Positions 8,743 to 17,098 of a stretch of DNA of 64,000 bases are shown piece after piece. The notes under the pieces were generated by a model. It searched no databases, had not been told where the DNA came from, and worked only from the letters and a program-made list of their open reading frames with translations. The translations under genes and the position numbers were made by a program. The number at the start of each line of letters is the position of its first letter. Within the stretch, counting starts at the first letter, position 1. Location: the IMG/VR virus record IMGVR_UViG_3300037634_005573, positions 1 through 64,000 of that record. One strand, written 5' to 3'. Source of the stretch: a virus (Duplodnaviria; Caudoviricetes).

Positions 8743-8765
8743 ATTACCTCCAATGTAATTTTCAT
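8739..8765 (-). other. 8-codon mini-ORF MKITLEVI coupled to the holin-like start
   Basis: AAGGAGTTAAA ATG AAA ATT ACA TTG GAG GTA ATA TGA; the TGA overlaps the ATG at 8742. Confidence 0.5.
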
Positions 8766-8785
8766 TTTAACTCCTTGATAGCCTT

Positions 8786-9202
8786 CTAATAAAATCTTGT
8801 AGGGGCAGTCTTCTGAGAATATGTTCCCATATCGATTCCCCTCTTAATTTTTTCAACAGCAGCATCAACATCACCACCGTTATTTTTAAGCTCGTAACCC
8901 ATCTCTCTCATCATACGCAAAAAAGGATCCCGAGAGGTTATAAACTGTTGAACACCCGGCTCCCCGACGCGAGGCGGTGGGCCCGATGTGCCGTATTCGC
9001 CATCCCCAACTCTTCTCCCCATCTCCTCCGCGGCTCGGTCGATCCGGCCTTTGTGGGCAGGGTTGTTCACCTCTTCGGCCATATCGCGAAGGATGATTTC
9101 CATTTCTGGTATAGACGTTCTCCAGAGTCCGGTGACCGCCGCTAGCGATTCTTCTATCTCTTCCTTGATGATCTTTTTAAGTTGTGATTTTGTGATTTTC
9201 AT
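8786..9202 (-). CDS. Hypothetical protein with MKITK-IIKEE leader
   Basis: Starts MKITKSQLKKIIKEEIEESL. Confidence 0.85.
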   Translation of the reverse strand: MKITKSQLKKIIKEEIEESLAAVTGLWRTSIPEMEIILRDMAEEVNNPAHKGRIDRAAEEMGRRVGDGEYGTSGPPPRVGEPGVQQFITSRDPFLRMMREMGYELKNNGGDVDAAVEKIKRGIDMGTYSQKTAPTRFY

Positions 9203-9912
9203 TGCCGTCTCCGGCGGGCATGCTTTCTCGCGAGTCTAACAACGTCTTGGGCCAGGCGATCCGGCGCGGAGCCGTCGGGAGCGACGTCCTGTATTGCGCT
9301 ACTAACAGCAGCCTTGACTGCTTCAGCAAACTTATAAGCAACTTCCTTTTGACGCTTGCGGATAGCTGTGGGCCAAGGCCCGCGGGCGCCTTTGACTCCG
9401 GGCATGTCCCATTGGGATGGATTCGGCGATGTGTCGCGTGGTGGCCACACAGATCCGGGGCCTGGGTCGCCGGCATGCGGAGTTTGAACCTGATCCGTTA
9501 GTTTATGATACTCGGCCGCAAGAGCGTTAAGCTCTTCGTCGGCATCAAGTACGGTGGCGACCTGATTAAGTATCTCCTGCGCTTTTTCTACTTCCGCTGC
9601 CTTGATTTGATTGGCCAGATCGTTGGCCAGATTGTTGGCTGCGCGGCTGGCCAGTCTAAGGCTGCCGCCTAATATGCTTTTTGCGGCAGTGGCGACGAGG
9701 CCGACGCCTTTCCAGGCAGCGATACCAAGCACTACTCCTAACGTAATGGTGCCCACTCCTACTTCGGCGATCATTCCTACTCCCTCTAGACCGAGTTCCT
9801 CTGGTGAAAGAACTGGTGTTTCTCCGTCGCCGGGAAAACTCTCGGTTCCCGCCATAACGGCTTCCAACTCTTCTTTGATAATTCTCTTAAGTTGTTTCTT
9901 TGTGATTTTCAT
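9199..9912 (-). CDS. Hypothetical protein with MKITK-IIKEE leader and a Gly/Ala-rich hydrophobic segment
   Basis: MKITKKQLKRIIKEELEAV; VGVGTITLGVVLGIAAWKGVGLVATAA. Confidence 0.85.
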   Translation of the reverse strand: MKITKKQLKRIIKEELEAVMAGTESFPGDGETPVLSPEELGLEGVGMIAEVGVGTITLGVVLGIAAWKGVGLVATAAKSILGGSLRLASRAANNLANDLANQIKAAEVEKAQEILNQVATVLDADEELNALAAEYHKLTDQVQTPHAGDPGPGSVWPPRDTSPNPSQWDMPGVKGARGPWPTAIRKRQKEVAYKFAEAVKAAVSSAIQDVAPDGSAPDRLAQDVVRLARKHARRRRQ

Positions 9913-9960
9913 TTTTTAGTTCCCTCTATCGTGACGGGGGTGAAAATCCCACCGGACACA

Positions 9961-9970
9961 ATAAATAGTT
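9961..9970 (-). promoter_or_regulatory. Candidate late-promoter motif AACTATTTAT
   Basis: About 49 nt upstream of the 9912 start; the same motif recurs upstream of other putative virion genes. Confidence 0.55.
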
Positions 9971-12900
9971 ATTGATTAACGAAAGCGAACCCATCCTTCT
10001 TAGAAATATCGATAGTCATATCGGAAACATCCTTCAAGGAATCCAAGTGAGAGATAAGAAAAACCGTTCTGAACTTGGACTTGATGATCTCCAACATCTG
10101 CGTGAATGCTTGGAGATGCGTTTCGTCCAGCGCAGTTCCGGGCTCATCCAATATCATAATATCGCTTTTCGGCAAGTTGGAGACAGAAAGCAGGGCAAGG
10201 CGAATAGCCATCGCCGCCATCGTCTTCTCGGCACCGGAGGCCATAGAGAGAGGCCGAGGATCGTGCCTGGGATGCTTGATGAATATCTCCAACTTGTTGC
10301 CGACTTCCTCAAAGAAGGCCTCAAAGTCGGTGAGGTTCGCAAGTATCTTTGCGATCTCCTCATTTACGACGGGCAACCGCTTTTTGATAATGTCGTAGGC
10401 AATACCGTTAGAATGCATACATCTCATAAACAAGTCATAAGCGGTATATTCTTGCCGTAGGTTGTTGGCGTCGGTGCGCTGTTCTTCAAGGTGGGCCACC
10501 TTTTGTTCGTTGGAACCTACACTTCGGTGCAGGAGAGATATTTTCTCATTGCACTTTTCATATCTTTTGTTAGTCTTTATGGCCTGGGCTTCCATTTCCT
10601 TCTGGGATGAAATAAGATTTTCTAGGTTTTCAATCGCTTCTTTGTTCTCTTCATAAACTCCCTTCTTGGATAAAAGTTGTTCTATCTCGATCTCGATCTT
10701 GGAAATAGACGCTTCGTTAGATTCAATTTGGAGTTCCAGTTCTCTTATTTTGGTCTCGGCCAAACGCTTCTTGAAAGAAATATCGTTGTATTGCTGGATC
10801 TGGGAGGTTATTGCTTCCTCGTCCAGGGTTTCGTATATCTCTTCAAGATCGGTGAGATCTGTTTCCAGGGATGGTTTTGTTTTGGCGGCTGCGACAGCAT
10901 CTTTGATGAACTTACAACTAGGATAAGAATCCCCACAGGGGACTTCCGCAAGCAGTTCTTCGCGGCGATCAACATCTTCAAGTCTTGATTTGAGAATATC
11001 TATCTGTTTTACCAGTATTATAATCTGTTTCTCTTTCTTGGTTAGATTATCAATATCAAAGTTCTCCAAAAAGCCGGACATCTTATCCAGGGTTTCTTTT
11101 TTCTCTTCGATCTCGTTTCGCTGGTTGAATAGGGCTTCTTGGGTTTTGGACAGTATTTTCTGGCCCTTCTCCAAGAAGGCATTGACCCTGTGGATATAAA
11201 TGGGCTCTGCCGGGACGGCTGCGATCTTATTGGCTATTTCAGCAATATCAAGCGATAAGGTGGTTGATTTCTCCAAGAGGCCGCGGCAGGCTGCCTGTTG
11301 TATAATCAGGCTTTTCTCGGCTTGATAGAGTTCCTTCTTGGCCTCTTTGATTTCTTCGTCGAAGTTGCGCTCGCCAAGGCGGCGAAGGGCGCCTTTGATT
11401 TCGGCCGAGTCTTCTTTTGATAATCTGAACTTCTTCTCAAAAACCATCAAGTCCAAAAAGTTCGCCAGGATCTCTTTTCGTTTTGTGCTTCCTTCTCTGA
11501 TAAACGAGAGGCTATCAAGTTGGCTAGCCATACTGGTATTCAGGAAGTCGTCTATCGTGCCGAAAATACGGCGAATGTTTTTATCGGTTTCGTTCCTTGT
11601 TAGGCCATTCAGGCTTTCAAGTTCGCCGGTGTCTAAATCTACACTGTAAAAATCCAAATCTACTTTGGCTTCAAGGGTTTCTTCGCCTTTCAACTTCTTT
11701 GTATATTTTTCAGATCTCCGATTGATAGTGTAGAGTTTGCTTCCAATAACTATTTCAGCGATGCCTTCGGCGTGATCTTTCTGCTGGTTTATTACATTCA
11801 GATTCTTGCGTTCGTTCTTTGAGGTTGTATTGAAGATCGTGTAGAGCAAACTATCAACAACGCTAGACTTACCCGAGAAGTTCTTTCCGAATATGCCGAC
11901 AACTCCGTTTAGTTTCTCAAACCTAATCTTATTGGCCGGTCCATAGTTGAATAGGTTGTCCCAGGTGAGTGTCTTAACATGCCAGTTTACATTTCTTGAT
12001 ATTTCCTCACTTTCCTCAACGATGCTCGTATATTTGCGATTGAGGTCCAAGACGCGTTGGAGAAGGTCTTCGCTAATCTCGTAGTCTTTGAGATATTCTC
12101 GAATGAACTTCTCTAAAACCGCGGTGTCTCGCAGGTTCTCTTGTTCGATATTGCCGGCATATTTCTCGATGTTGCCGCGTTGGCCGGCAGAGCGGTTAAG
12201 AAAGGTTACGCTTTCAGGCTTGAATCGGTGCTTGGCGACTTCGACGGCGCGATGCATCTGCTGGACTGATAGGTTGTTTTCGCTGATTAGTCTTACGCGG
12301 GAACCTCGGGGGATGCGCTGGTTTCGGGGCATCCGGCCGGTGGGAGTGAGGCGAACCGTGACGAAGGGCTTGGGATTATCCAAGACAAAATGTTCGCAAG
12401 TAAAGGTCTCTTTATCTTGTATATCCCACAGTAAGTAGCCTTTGTCATTTGTCTCGCCAAAGTTCTGTTGAACGGTTGAGCCAGGATATCTGACCTTTCC
12501 GTCGCGGTCTAGGATCTGGTTTGTCTTGTGAATATCGCCCAGAAGAGCATAATCAAAATCCTCGAAGATGTTTATGCTGTGATCGCCCTCTTGCATCGTC
12601 CAGCCAATATCAGTTTTGACGCCGGCAATGGCACCGTGATAGAGAGCAATATTAATATTCTCTTCGCTCGTTGGCGTGATCCAGTTCTCTTCGTCGAAAA
12701 CGGACAAGACATTGAGCACAACGTTGTGGCCGACGGAGACTTCCTGTGCGTCTTTCAATAGATGCAGGTTGGGATGCCCCAGCGCATTTACTATCGGCGT
12801 GATCGCGTCTTGGCGATTAGAGTTTTTGAGGTTGCCGTCGTGGTTGCCGAGGACAATATAGGTTGGTGCGACGTCGGCAAGGCCGGACAAAAACTCTGTT

Positions 12901-13079
12901 GCTAGTTGGAAGTATTCCGGCGAGAGTTGCGTTTTTGTATGAGCGATGTCGCCACAATGAACAATACAATCAATTTCCTGTTCCTTAAGGTTTGTGAATA
13001 GTTGCTCAAATACAGAGCGGTATTCTTTATGATACCTGTAGTTTCTGATGTGTGTGTCAGCCAGATGGCAGATCCGCAT
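9969..13079 (-). CDS. Mre11-Rad50 (SbcD-SbcC; gp47-gp46-like) fusion nuclease/ATPase
   Basis: N-terminal phosphoesterase motifs ADTH, CGDIAH, LGNHD, YHG, GDIHK, YPGS; Walker A GKNFSGKS; coiled coil; signature MASGAEK; Walker B/D-loop ILDEPGTALD; H-loop LISH. Confidence 0.93.
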   Translation of the reverse strand: MRICHLADTHIRNYRYHKEYRSVFEQLFTNLKEQEIDCIVHCGDIAHTKTQLSPEYFQLATEFLSGLADVAPTYIVLGNHDGNLKNSNRQDAITPIVNALGHPNLHLLKDAQEVSVGHNVVLNVLSVFDEENWITPTSEENINIALYHGAIAGVKTDIGWTMQEGDHSINIFEDFDYALLGDIHKTNQILDRDGKVRYPGSTVQQNFGETNDKGYLLWDIQDKETFTCEHFVLDNPKPFVTVRLTPTGRMPRNQRIPRGSRVRLISENNLSVQQMHRAVEVAKHRFKPESVTFLNRSAGQRGNIEKYAGNIEQENLRDTAVLEKFIREYLKDYEISEDLLQRVLDLNRKYTSIVEESEEISRNVNWHVKTLTWDNLFNYGPANKIRFEKLNGVVGIFGKNFSGKSSVVDSLLYTIFNTTSKNERKNLNVINQQKDHAEGIAEIVIGSKLYTINRRSEKYTKKLKGEETLEAKVDLDFYSVDLDTGELESLNGLTRNETDKNIRRIFGTIDDFLNTSMASQLDSLSFIREGSTKRKEILANFLDLMVFEKKFRLSKEDSAEIKGALRRLGERNFDEEIKEAKKELYQAEKSLIIQQAACRGLLEKSTTLSLDIAEIANKIAAVPAEPIYIHRVNAFLEKGQKILSKTQEALFNQRNEIEEKKETLDKMSGFLENFDIDNLTKKEKQIIILVKQIDILKSRLEDVDRREELLAEVPCGDSYPSCKFIKDAVAAAKTKPSLETDLTDLEEIYETLDEEAITSQIQQYNDISFKKRLAETKIRELELQIESNEASISKIEIEIEQLLSKKGVYEENKEAIENLENLISSQKEMEAQAIKTNKRYEKCNEKISLLHRSVGSNEQKVAHLEEQRTDANNLRQEYTAYDLFMRCMHSNGIAYDIIKKRLPVVNEEIAKILANLTDFEAFFEEVGNKLEIFIKHPRHDPRPLSMASGAEKTMAAMAIRLALLSVSNLPKSDIMILDEPGTALDETHLQAFTQMLEIIKSKFRTVFLISHLDSLKDVSDMTIDISKKDGFAFVNQ

Positions 13080-13111
13080 TTATTCTCCTGATAGACAAAT
13101 GCCTTGCATCT

Positions 13112-13140
13112 AATATAACACATAAACGCAAGGCAGTCAA
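13112..13140 (-). promoter_or_regulatory. Sigma70-type promoter TTGACT-N17-TATATT with extended -10 TG
   Basis: -35 at 13140-13135; -10 at 13117-13112; AT-rich tract upstream; AGGAG SD before the ATG at 13079. Confidence 0.75.
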
Positions 13141-13178
13141 GGATTATTATTTTATTATCTCTATTCTTCGAGATTAGG

Positions 13179-13421
13179 TTATTCGTCTTTTTCGGGAGCG
13201 GTGGGGTCTTTTTGCATTATCCGCTGGCCGGCAGCAACCATCAGAGCGCCGATTGCGACGGGCGAGAAGTTGTAGCCAACTTGCATTATAGCATCAACGA
13301 TCACTTGAATCTTTTGGGGATCAGTCATTAGTTCGACCGGATCCTCGTTCAGTTGTGTGGTAGTTTGCTCTTTAAGCTCTTCTTTGATAAACTGTTTGAG
13401 TTGTTTCTTTGTTAGTTTCAT
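13179..13421 (-). CDS. Small protein with MKLTK-FIKEE leader variant
   Basis: Start corrected to 13421 (ATGA overlap): MKLTKKQLKQFIKEELKEQ; hydrophobic PVAIGALMVAAG. Confidence 0.8.
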   Translation of the reverse strand: MKLTKKQLKQFIKEELKEQTTTQLNEDPVELMTDPQKIQVIVDAIMQVGYNFSPVAIGALMVAAGQRIMQKDPTAPEKDE

Positions 13422-13687
13422 TGTGATGGTCCCCAAACCCATTCAGGTTCGCCTTCTTCGACGTTGCCGGGTTGAAAAATAAAATCACCGGGGAGGGGAG
13501 TTCCGTCAGGTCCGGTGGGCCACATCGGGTGAGTATTGTCTACGGGCTCGGGTGAAAGAGCAGCATACTCGTCCAGGGAGATGCCCGGTGTCGGTTGGGG
13601 CAATTCGTTGTTTTCTTCGGCAGGGGCGCCGGCAACCTCGATAATAAGGCGTTGGCCTGGATCGAGAGTGATGTGAATGTCTTCCAT
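13418..13687 (-). CDS. Hypothetical Pro/Gly/acidic protein
   Basis: 89 aa, with an AAAAGGAAA SD-like element upstream. Confidence 0.65.
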   Translation of the reverse strand: MEDIHITLDPGQRLIIEVAGAPAEENNELPQPTPGISLDEYAALSPEPVDNTHPMWPTGPDGTPLPGDFIFQPGNVEEGEPEWVWGPSQ

Positions 13688-13716
13688 TGTTGTTTCCTTT
13701 TAAAAAGAAGTTATCT

Positions 13717-14643
13717 CTAAACAGTAAATAACTTTTGTAGTAAATAGTCATCCTGGGAAACAAAAGATGCTTCTTGCCTCCTTTTTTCGAATATGTCTTT
13801 CGTCATTTCGCCGACATCTTCATAGCCATCAACATCGATCATATAAACTTCGACGTCATAAGACAAAAGCAGTTTCAGGATTTCAACCGTCTTTTTGGAC
13901 GCGTCGGAATCCAGAGCGAGATACACCACAGCATTTCTTTTTACGATCTCTTGAAACAACTTCGAATTTTCGCGAATGGTCGAACCTAATAAAGGGATGG
14001 CATTTCCAGCTTTGATAGCGTCAAAAATGCCCTCAACAATAATAATAGGGTTATCCCAATCCACGTATAGTTCATTAAAGACGATATTCTTTGCTGCGGA
14101 GGGGTTCTTATAGCGTGGCCACGCATTTGTATAACTCCTGGCGATAAAATAGTTCACATTCCCATCGCCATTGAAAGAGGGAATGATGATCCGGCCGTGA
14201 TATGGGCCGGCCTCACAAAATCCGATCTTCCACCGCAGGATGTCTTGGGGACCAAGACCGCGGTCATTTAAATAGTTTAAGGCCCTTCTCGCTCCCGTAG
14301 GAGGATTTTTAGAGGAAAGAGGTATGAACTCCCCCGGAAGGTTTAAAAGGGTCTCAAGGTGGGGCTTTCGCTCCGCAAACAGATCCTCAAAAGCGCCGAG
14401 GTCGACGACACCTGAGAGGTCGTTCCACTCTTGGCGTTCCTCAAAGGAGCCGAAGCGGCGAACAAGGCGGCCAAGGTTCTTGCCGCGGGCGTCACAGACC
14501 CAGCATTTGTAATAGCCTTTTTCAACATTGACGGAAAACTTTCTCTTGTGGTGCTCGCAATACGGGCAATGAAACAAGTGTTCGTCGTTTGTTTTATATG
14601 AGTATCCAAGAACATCTGTTAGGATTTGGAGTTTTGTTCGCAT
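13717..14643 (-). CDS. DNA primase (DnaG/T4 gp61-type)
   Basis: Zn finger CPYCEHHKRKFSVN...CWVC; RIIIPS; RYKNP; TOPRIM IVEGIFDA and LALDSDA. Confidence 0.92.
   Translation of the reverse strand: MRTKLQILTDVLGYSYKTNDEHLFHCPYCEHHKRKFSVNVEKGYYKCWVCDARGKNLGRLVRRFGSFEERQEWNDLSGVVDLGAFEDLFAERKPHLETLLNLPGEFIPLSSKNPPTGARRALNYLNDRGLGPQDILRWKIGFCEAGPYHGRIIIPSFNGDGNVNYFIARSYTNAWPRYKNPSAAKNIVFNELYVDWDNPIIIVEGIFDAIKAGNAIPLLGSTIRENSKLFQEIVKRNAVVYLALDSDASKKTVEILKLLLSYDVEVYMIDVDGYEDVGEMTKDIFEKRRQEASFVSQDDYLLQKLFTV
13741..13748 (-). promoter_or_regulatory. Candidate late-promoter motif ACTATTTA inside the primase 3' end
   Basis: About 54 nt upstream of the 13687 start. Confidence 0.35.
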
Positions 14644-15152
14644 ATGTATCCTGCTTTCGCGATGATAATGGAATCCGCCATATCATAACAATGTGGTTTT
14701 GGGTTTCCGTTTCTGGTGTATTCTATTTCAAAGGCCGGCTCGGTGGCGATCAGGTGCTGTATAACGACCTCTTTGGCCTTTTGCCCTTTGGGAATCTTCA
14801 AGCCGCATATGCGCCGAGCACTTGGGGCTGCGACATAGAGCGGTTCTGTTCCATATATATCATAACACAGCCAGGAGACAATGCCATTAAAAGATGACAA
14901 TATTGACAAAGTTTTTGCAGAAGAAAAACCAGAGCGAAATGACTGCAAAGATTTCTCTATATACACTTGTTCGATCTGGTATTCGGATTTTATAGTTAAA
15001 AGAGCATCGCGCATTTTCTGCGCTTTGGTCATAAGGGTAGGAAAATAGCGCTTGTTACGAAAGTCCCAAGCGCCATTTGAAATAATGTTGTCGTTTTTGT
15101 CGATGATTGCAAAACCAGTAATGCTGGTTGAGATGTCTAGGCCGAGAATCAT
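14619..15152 (-). CDS. RuvC-like Holliday junction resolvase
   Basis: ILGLDISTSITG; VYIEK; DMADSIIIA acidic catalytic pattern. Confidence 0.8.
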   Translation of the reverse strand: MILGLDISTSITGFAIIDKNDNIISNGAWDFRNKRYFPTLMTKAQKMRDALLTIKSEYQIEQVYIEKSLQSFRSGFSSAKTLSILSSFNGIVSWLCYDIYGTEPLYVAAPSARRICGLKIPKGQKAKEVVIQHLIATEPAFEIEYTRNGNPKPHCYDMADSIIIAKAGYICEQNSKS

Positions 15153-15159
15153 TGATTAT

Positions 15160-16065
15160 TTATCGAGTAGCGATGTCTCGGGGTATTGCACTACCAAAAT
15201 TTCGCATTAAATCTTGGAAAACCCCTTCGCCACTCGCCATGAGTTTTTCGATCACACCCATGGTGGCTTCGGTGACGGCCGGATCGTCGCCTTGTACTAA
15301 TTCCGTCGCCTGCTTCATGACTACCAAACCATCATTGATTGCTTGTTGTAGTTCCGGCTTTAGTGAAAGATAGTCAACATCCATTGGGCTGTGAACGTGT
15401 CTTGCAAGTTCTTGTGCCAAACCCGGGTGGCCGGACTCATTCGTAAAGCCGATAATAAGTTTGGTTGCTTCGAGATGTTCGCCAGTCACAGAAAGCTCCC
15501 CACCGGTGGATCCGGGCAAGCCAACAACCTTGGCCATGGCGACTCCTCCCCCAGACAATTGTTGTATTGCGTAAGTAACTGCTGTTATAACAGCAATTTG
15601 GACAGCAATCGTAGCTACAGCATAAACAGTTGGCTGACTTTCTTTAAATTTGAGCCTCGCCTTATTTATACGACTACCGACTTTGGCTATCTTTGCGAGC
15701 GCGGCAAAACTATAATTTTTCACCTTCAGCATGAAAGCCACAAGTTGAAGAGACATTTCCATGTAGGGATTTTTTAGAAAACGTATAGCCGCCTCTTTAG
15801 CTCGGGCTGGTAGGTCACCAACTTTATCTTTGAGTTGTCCAAAGAATTTCCCAACCATATTTTCTTGAAGAAGCTTATCTGTTTGCCGTAACCACTTTTC
15901 AAAAATAACATTTAGCCTATCGTTATTTTGTCCTTCTTGTATCAAGCGAAATTCATGCGCTAAATCATATACAACCAGATCTTTACCTTCTAGAATAAAA
16001 ACGAGGTCGTCAGGTTGATTACTATATCTCCGCCAGCCTTCCATTATCAGTTTCATGTTGTTCAT
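15160..16065 (-). CDS. Hypothetical protein with MKLIMEGWR leader
   Basis: MNNMKLIMEGWRRY; internal hydrophobic ATIAVQIAVITAVTYAI. Confidence 0.8.
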   Translation of the reverse strand: MNNMKLIMEGWRRYSNQPDDLVFILEGKDLVVYDLAHEFRLIQEGQNNDRLNVIFEKWLRQTDKLLQENMVGKFFGQLKDKVGDLPARAKEAAIRFLKNPYMEMSLQLVAFMLKVKNYSFAALAKIAKVGSRINKARLKFKESQPTVYAVATIAVQIAVITAVTYAIQQLSGGGVAMAKVVGLPGSTGGELSVTGEHLEATKLIIGFTNESGHPGLAQELARHVHSPMDVDYLSLKPELQQAINDGLVVMKQATELVQGDDPAVTEATMGVIEKLMASGEGVFQDLMRNFGSAIPRDIATR

Positions 16066-16082
16066 TATTCAGTTCTCCTCTC

Positions 16083-16092
16083 ATAAGTAGTT
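16083..16092 (-). promoter_or_regulatory. Candidate late-promoter motif AACTACTTAT
   Basis: Intergenic, about 18 nt upstream of the 16065 start. Confidence 0.55.
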
Positions 16093-16115
16093 TTGACCTT
16101 CACATAAGCCACAAC

Positions 16116-16301
16116 TTATTGATTATTAATATTGTATTCTATAATACTAAAAAGGAATTCTCGTTGTTCTGGGGTCAGAGGGTGATTGATTTCCGTGACC
16201 TGGACCTCCGGCGAAAGAGTGGCGGGAAAGACGAGGTAGCCAAGAAGAACAAGGGCGACGATGTAAGTGCTATTTTTTATCATAGTATAAGTATAGCCCA
16301 T
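16116..16301 (-). CDS. Small membrane protein
   Basis: YIVALVLLGYLVFPA; the start may be MIKN at 16283. Confidence 0.55.
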   Translation of the reverse strand: MGYTYTMIKNSTYIVALVLLGYLVFPATLSPEVQVTEINHPLTPEQREFLFSIIEYNINNQ

Positions 16302-16319
16302 TACGAACCAAAAGTCAAG

Positions 16320-17069
16320 CTAAGTTTCCAATCTTTTTATTGTTTCTTTCTCTATCTCGTCGACGTGAGTCAAAATATCTTCGACGCCGACGCCGGTTGA
16401 GTCGGCAAGTCCTTGTAGTTCGGCTGGGCTTAGGGAGCGGACTTGTTTAATCTGATCTCCCACCTTTTCAGCATAAACCTCAAACGCCACAGACCAGGCG
16501 GGTGGAAGCATATCGGCGCCGATGTCGGGGTGTGAATCAAAGGCGCGGATTCCCTTTTGCTGGGTATATGCCCAGGTACCAGAGTTCCCGAAGAGCATCT
16601 TATCTAGGGATTCTATATCGTAAAAATCGTTGGTGGATCCACGAACCTTCCTAGATTCTAGGTTTTCTTTATAATCTTTCGCGGTGATTCCAAGAGAGGG
16701 CAGAATATAGTCATCTGCTATTTGGCCCGGCGTGACCCAGATTAGGCCTCCACTTGTCGGGGCTTTGGACCAACTCATTTCTTCCACCGGCATTTCGGGG
16801 GCAACGTGGGCGGCTATTGGCTCTTCCGTCTGCTCTATCCCCACATCGGGCATACTTGGGGTTTGAGAAGCCATCGTGCCGGCTGCGACGGCAGCGGCAA
16901 GGCCGGTGCCGGCAATTGCTGATTTCACGCCTTCTTCAAGATCTTCTTCTGGGGCGGGGAGGCCGAAGAGGATTTCCTTGGTTTGTGGGGACAAGAGGGA
17001 GCCGATATTGCTCTGCTCCTCTTTCACGTAGTGGCGCCAGCCTTCCATTATCAGCTTCATGCCAGACAT
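16320..17069 (-). CDS. Hypothetical protein with MKLIMEGWR leader
   Basis: MSGMKLIMEGWRHYVKEE; Gly/Ala hydrophobic AIAGTGLAAAVAAG. Confidence 0.8.
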   Translation of the reverse strand: MSGMKLIMEGWRHYVKEEQSNIGSLLSPQTKEILFGLPAPEEDLEEGVKSAIAGTGLAAAVAAGTMASQTPSMPDVGIEQTEEPIAAHVAPEMPVEEMSWSKAPTSGGLIWVTPGQIADDYILPSLGITAKDYKENLESRKVRGSTNDFYDIESLDKMLFGNSGTWAYTQQKGIRAFDSHPDIGADMLPPAWSVAFEVYAEKVGDQIKQVRSLSPAELQGLADSTGVGVEDILTHVDEIEKETIKRLET

Positions 17070-17086
17070 GAACTATCTCCTATTTC

Positions 17087-17096
17087 ATAAATAGCC
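17087..17096 (-). promoter_or_regulatory. Candidate late-promoter motif GGCTATTTAT
   Basis: Intergenic, about 18 nt upstream of the 17069 start. Confidence 0.5.
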
Positions 17097-17098
17097 AC

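Noticed and set aside
5243-14643. Inteins or introns in terminase, Rad50 or primase
   Set aside because: Lengths are ordinary, motifs are contiguous, and no intein or homing-endonuclease signatures were seen.
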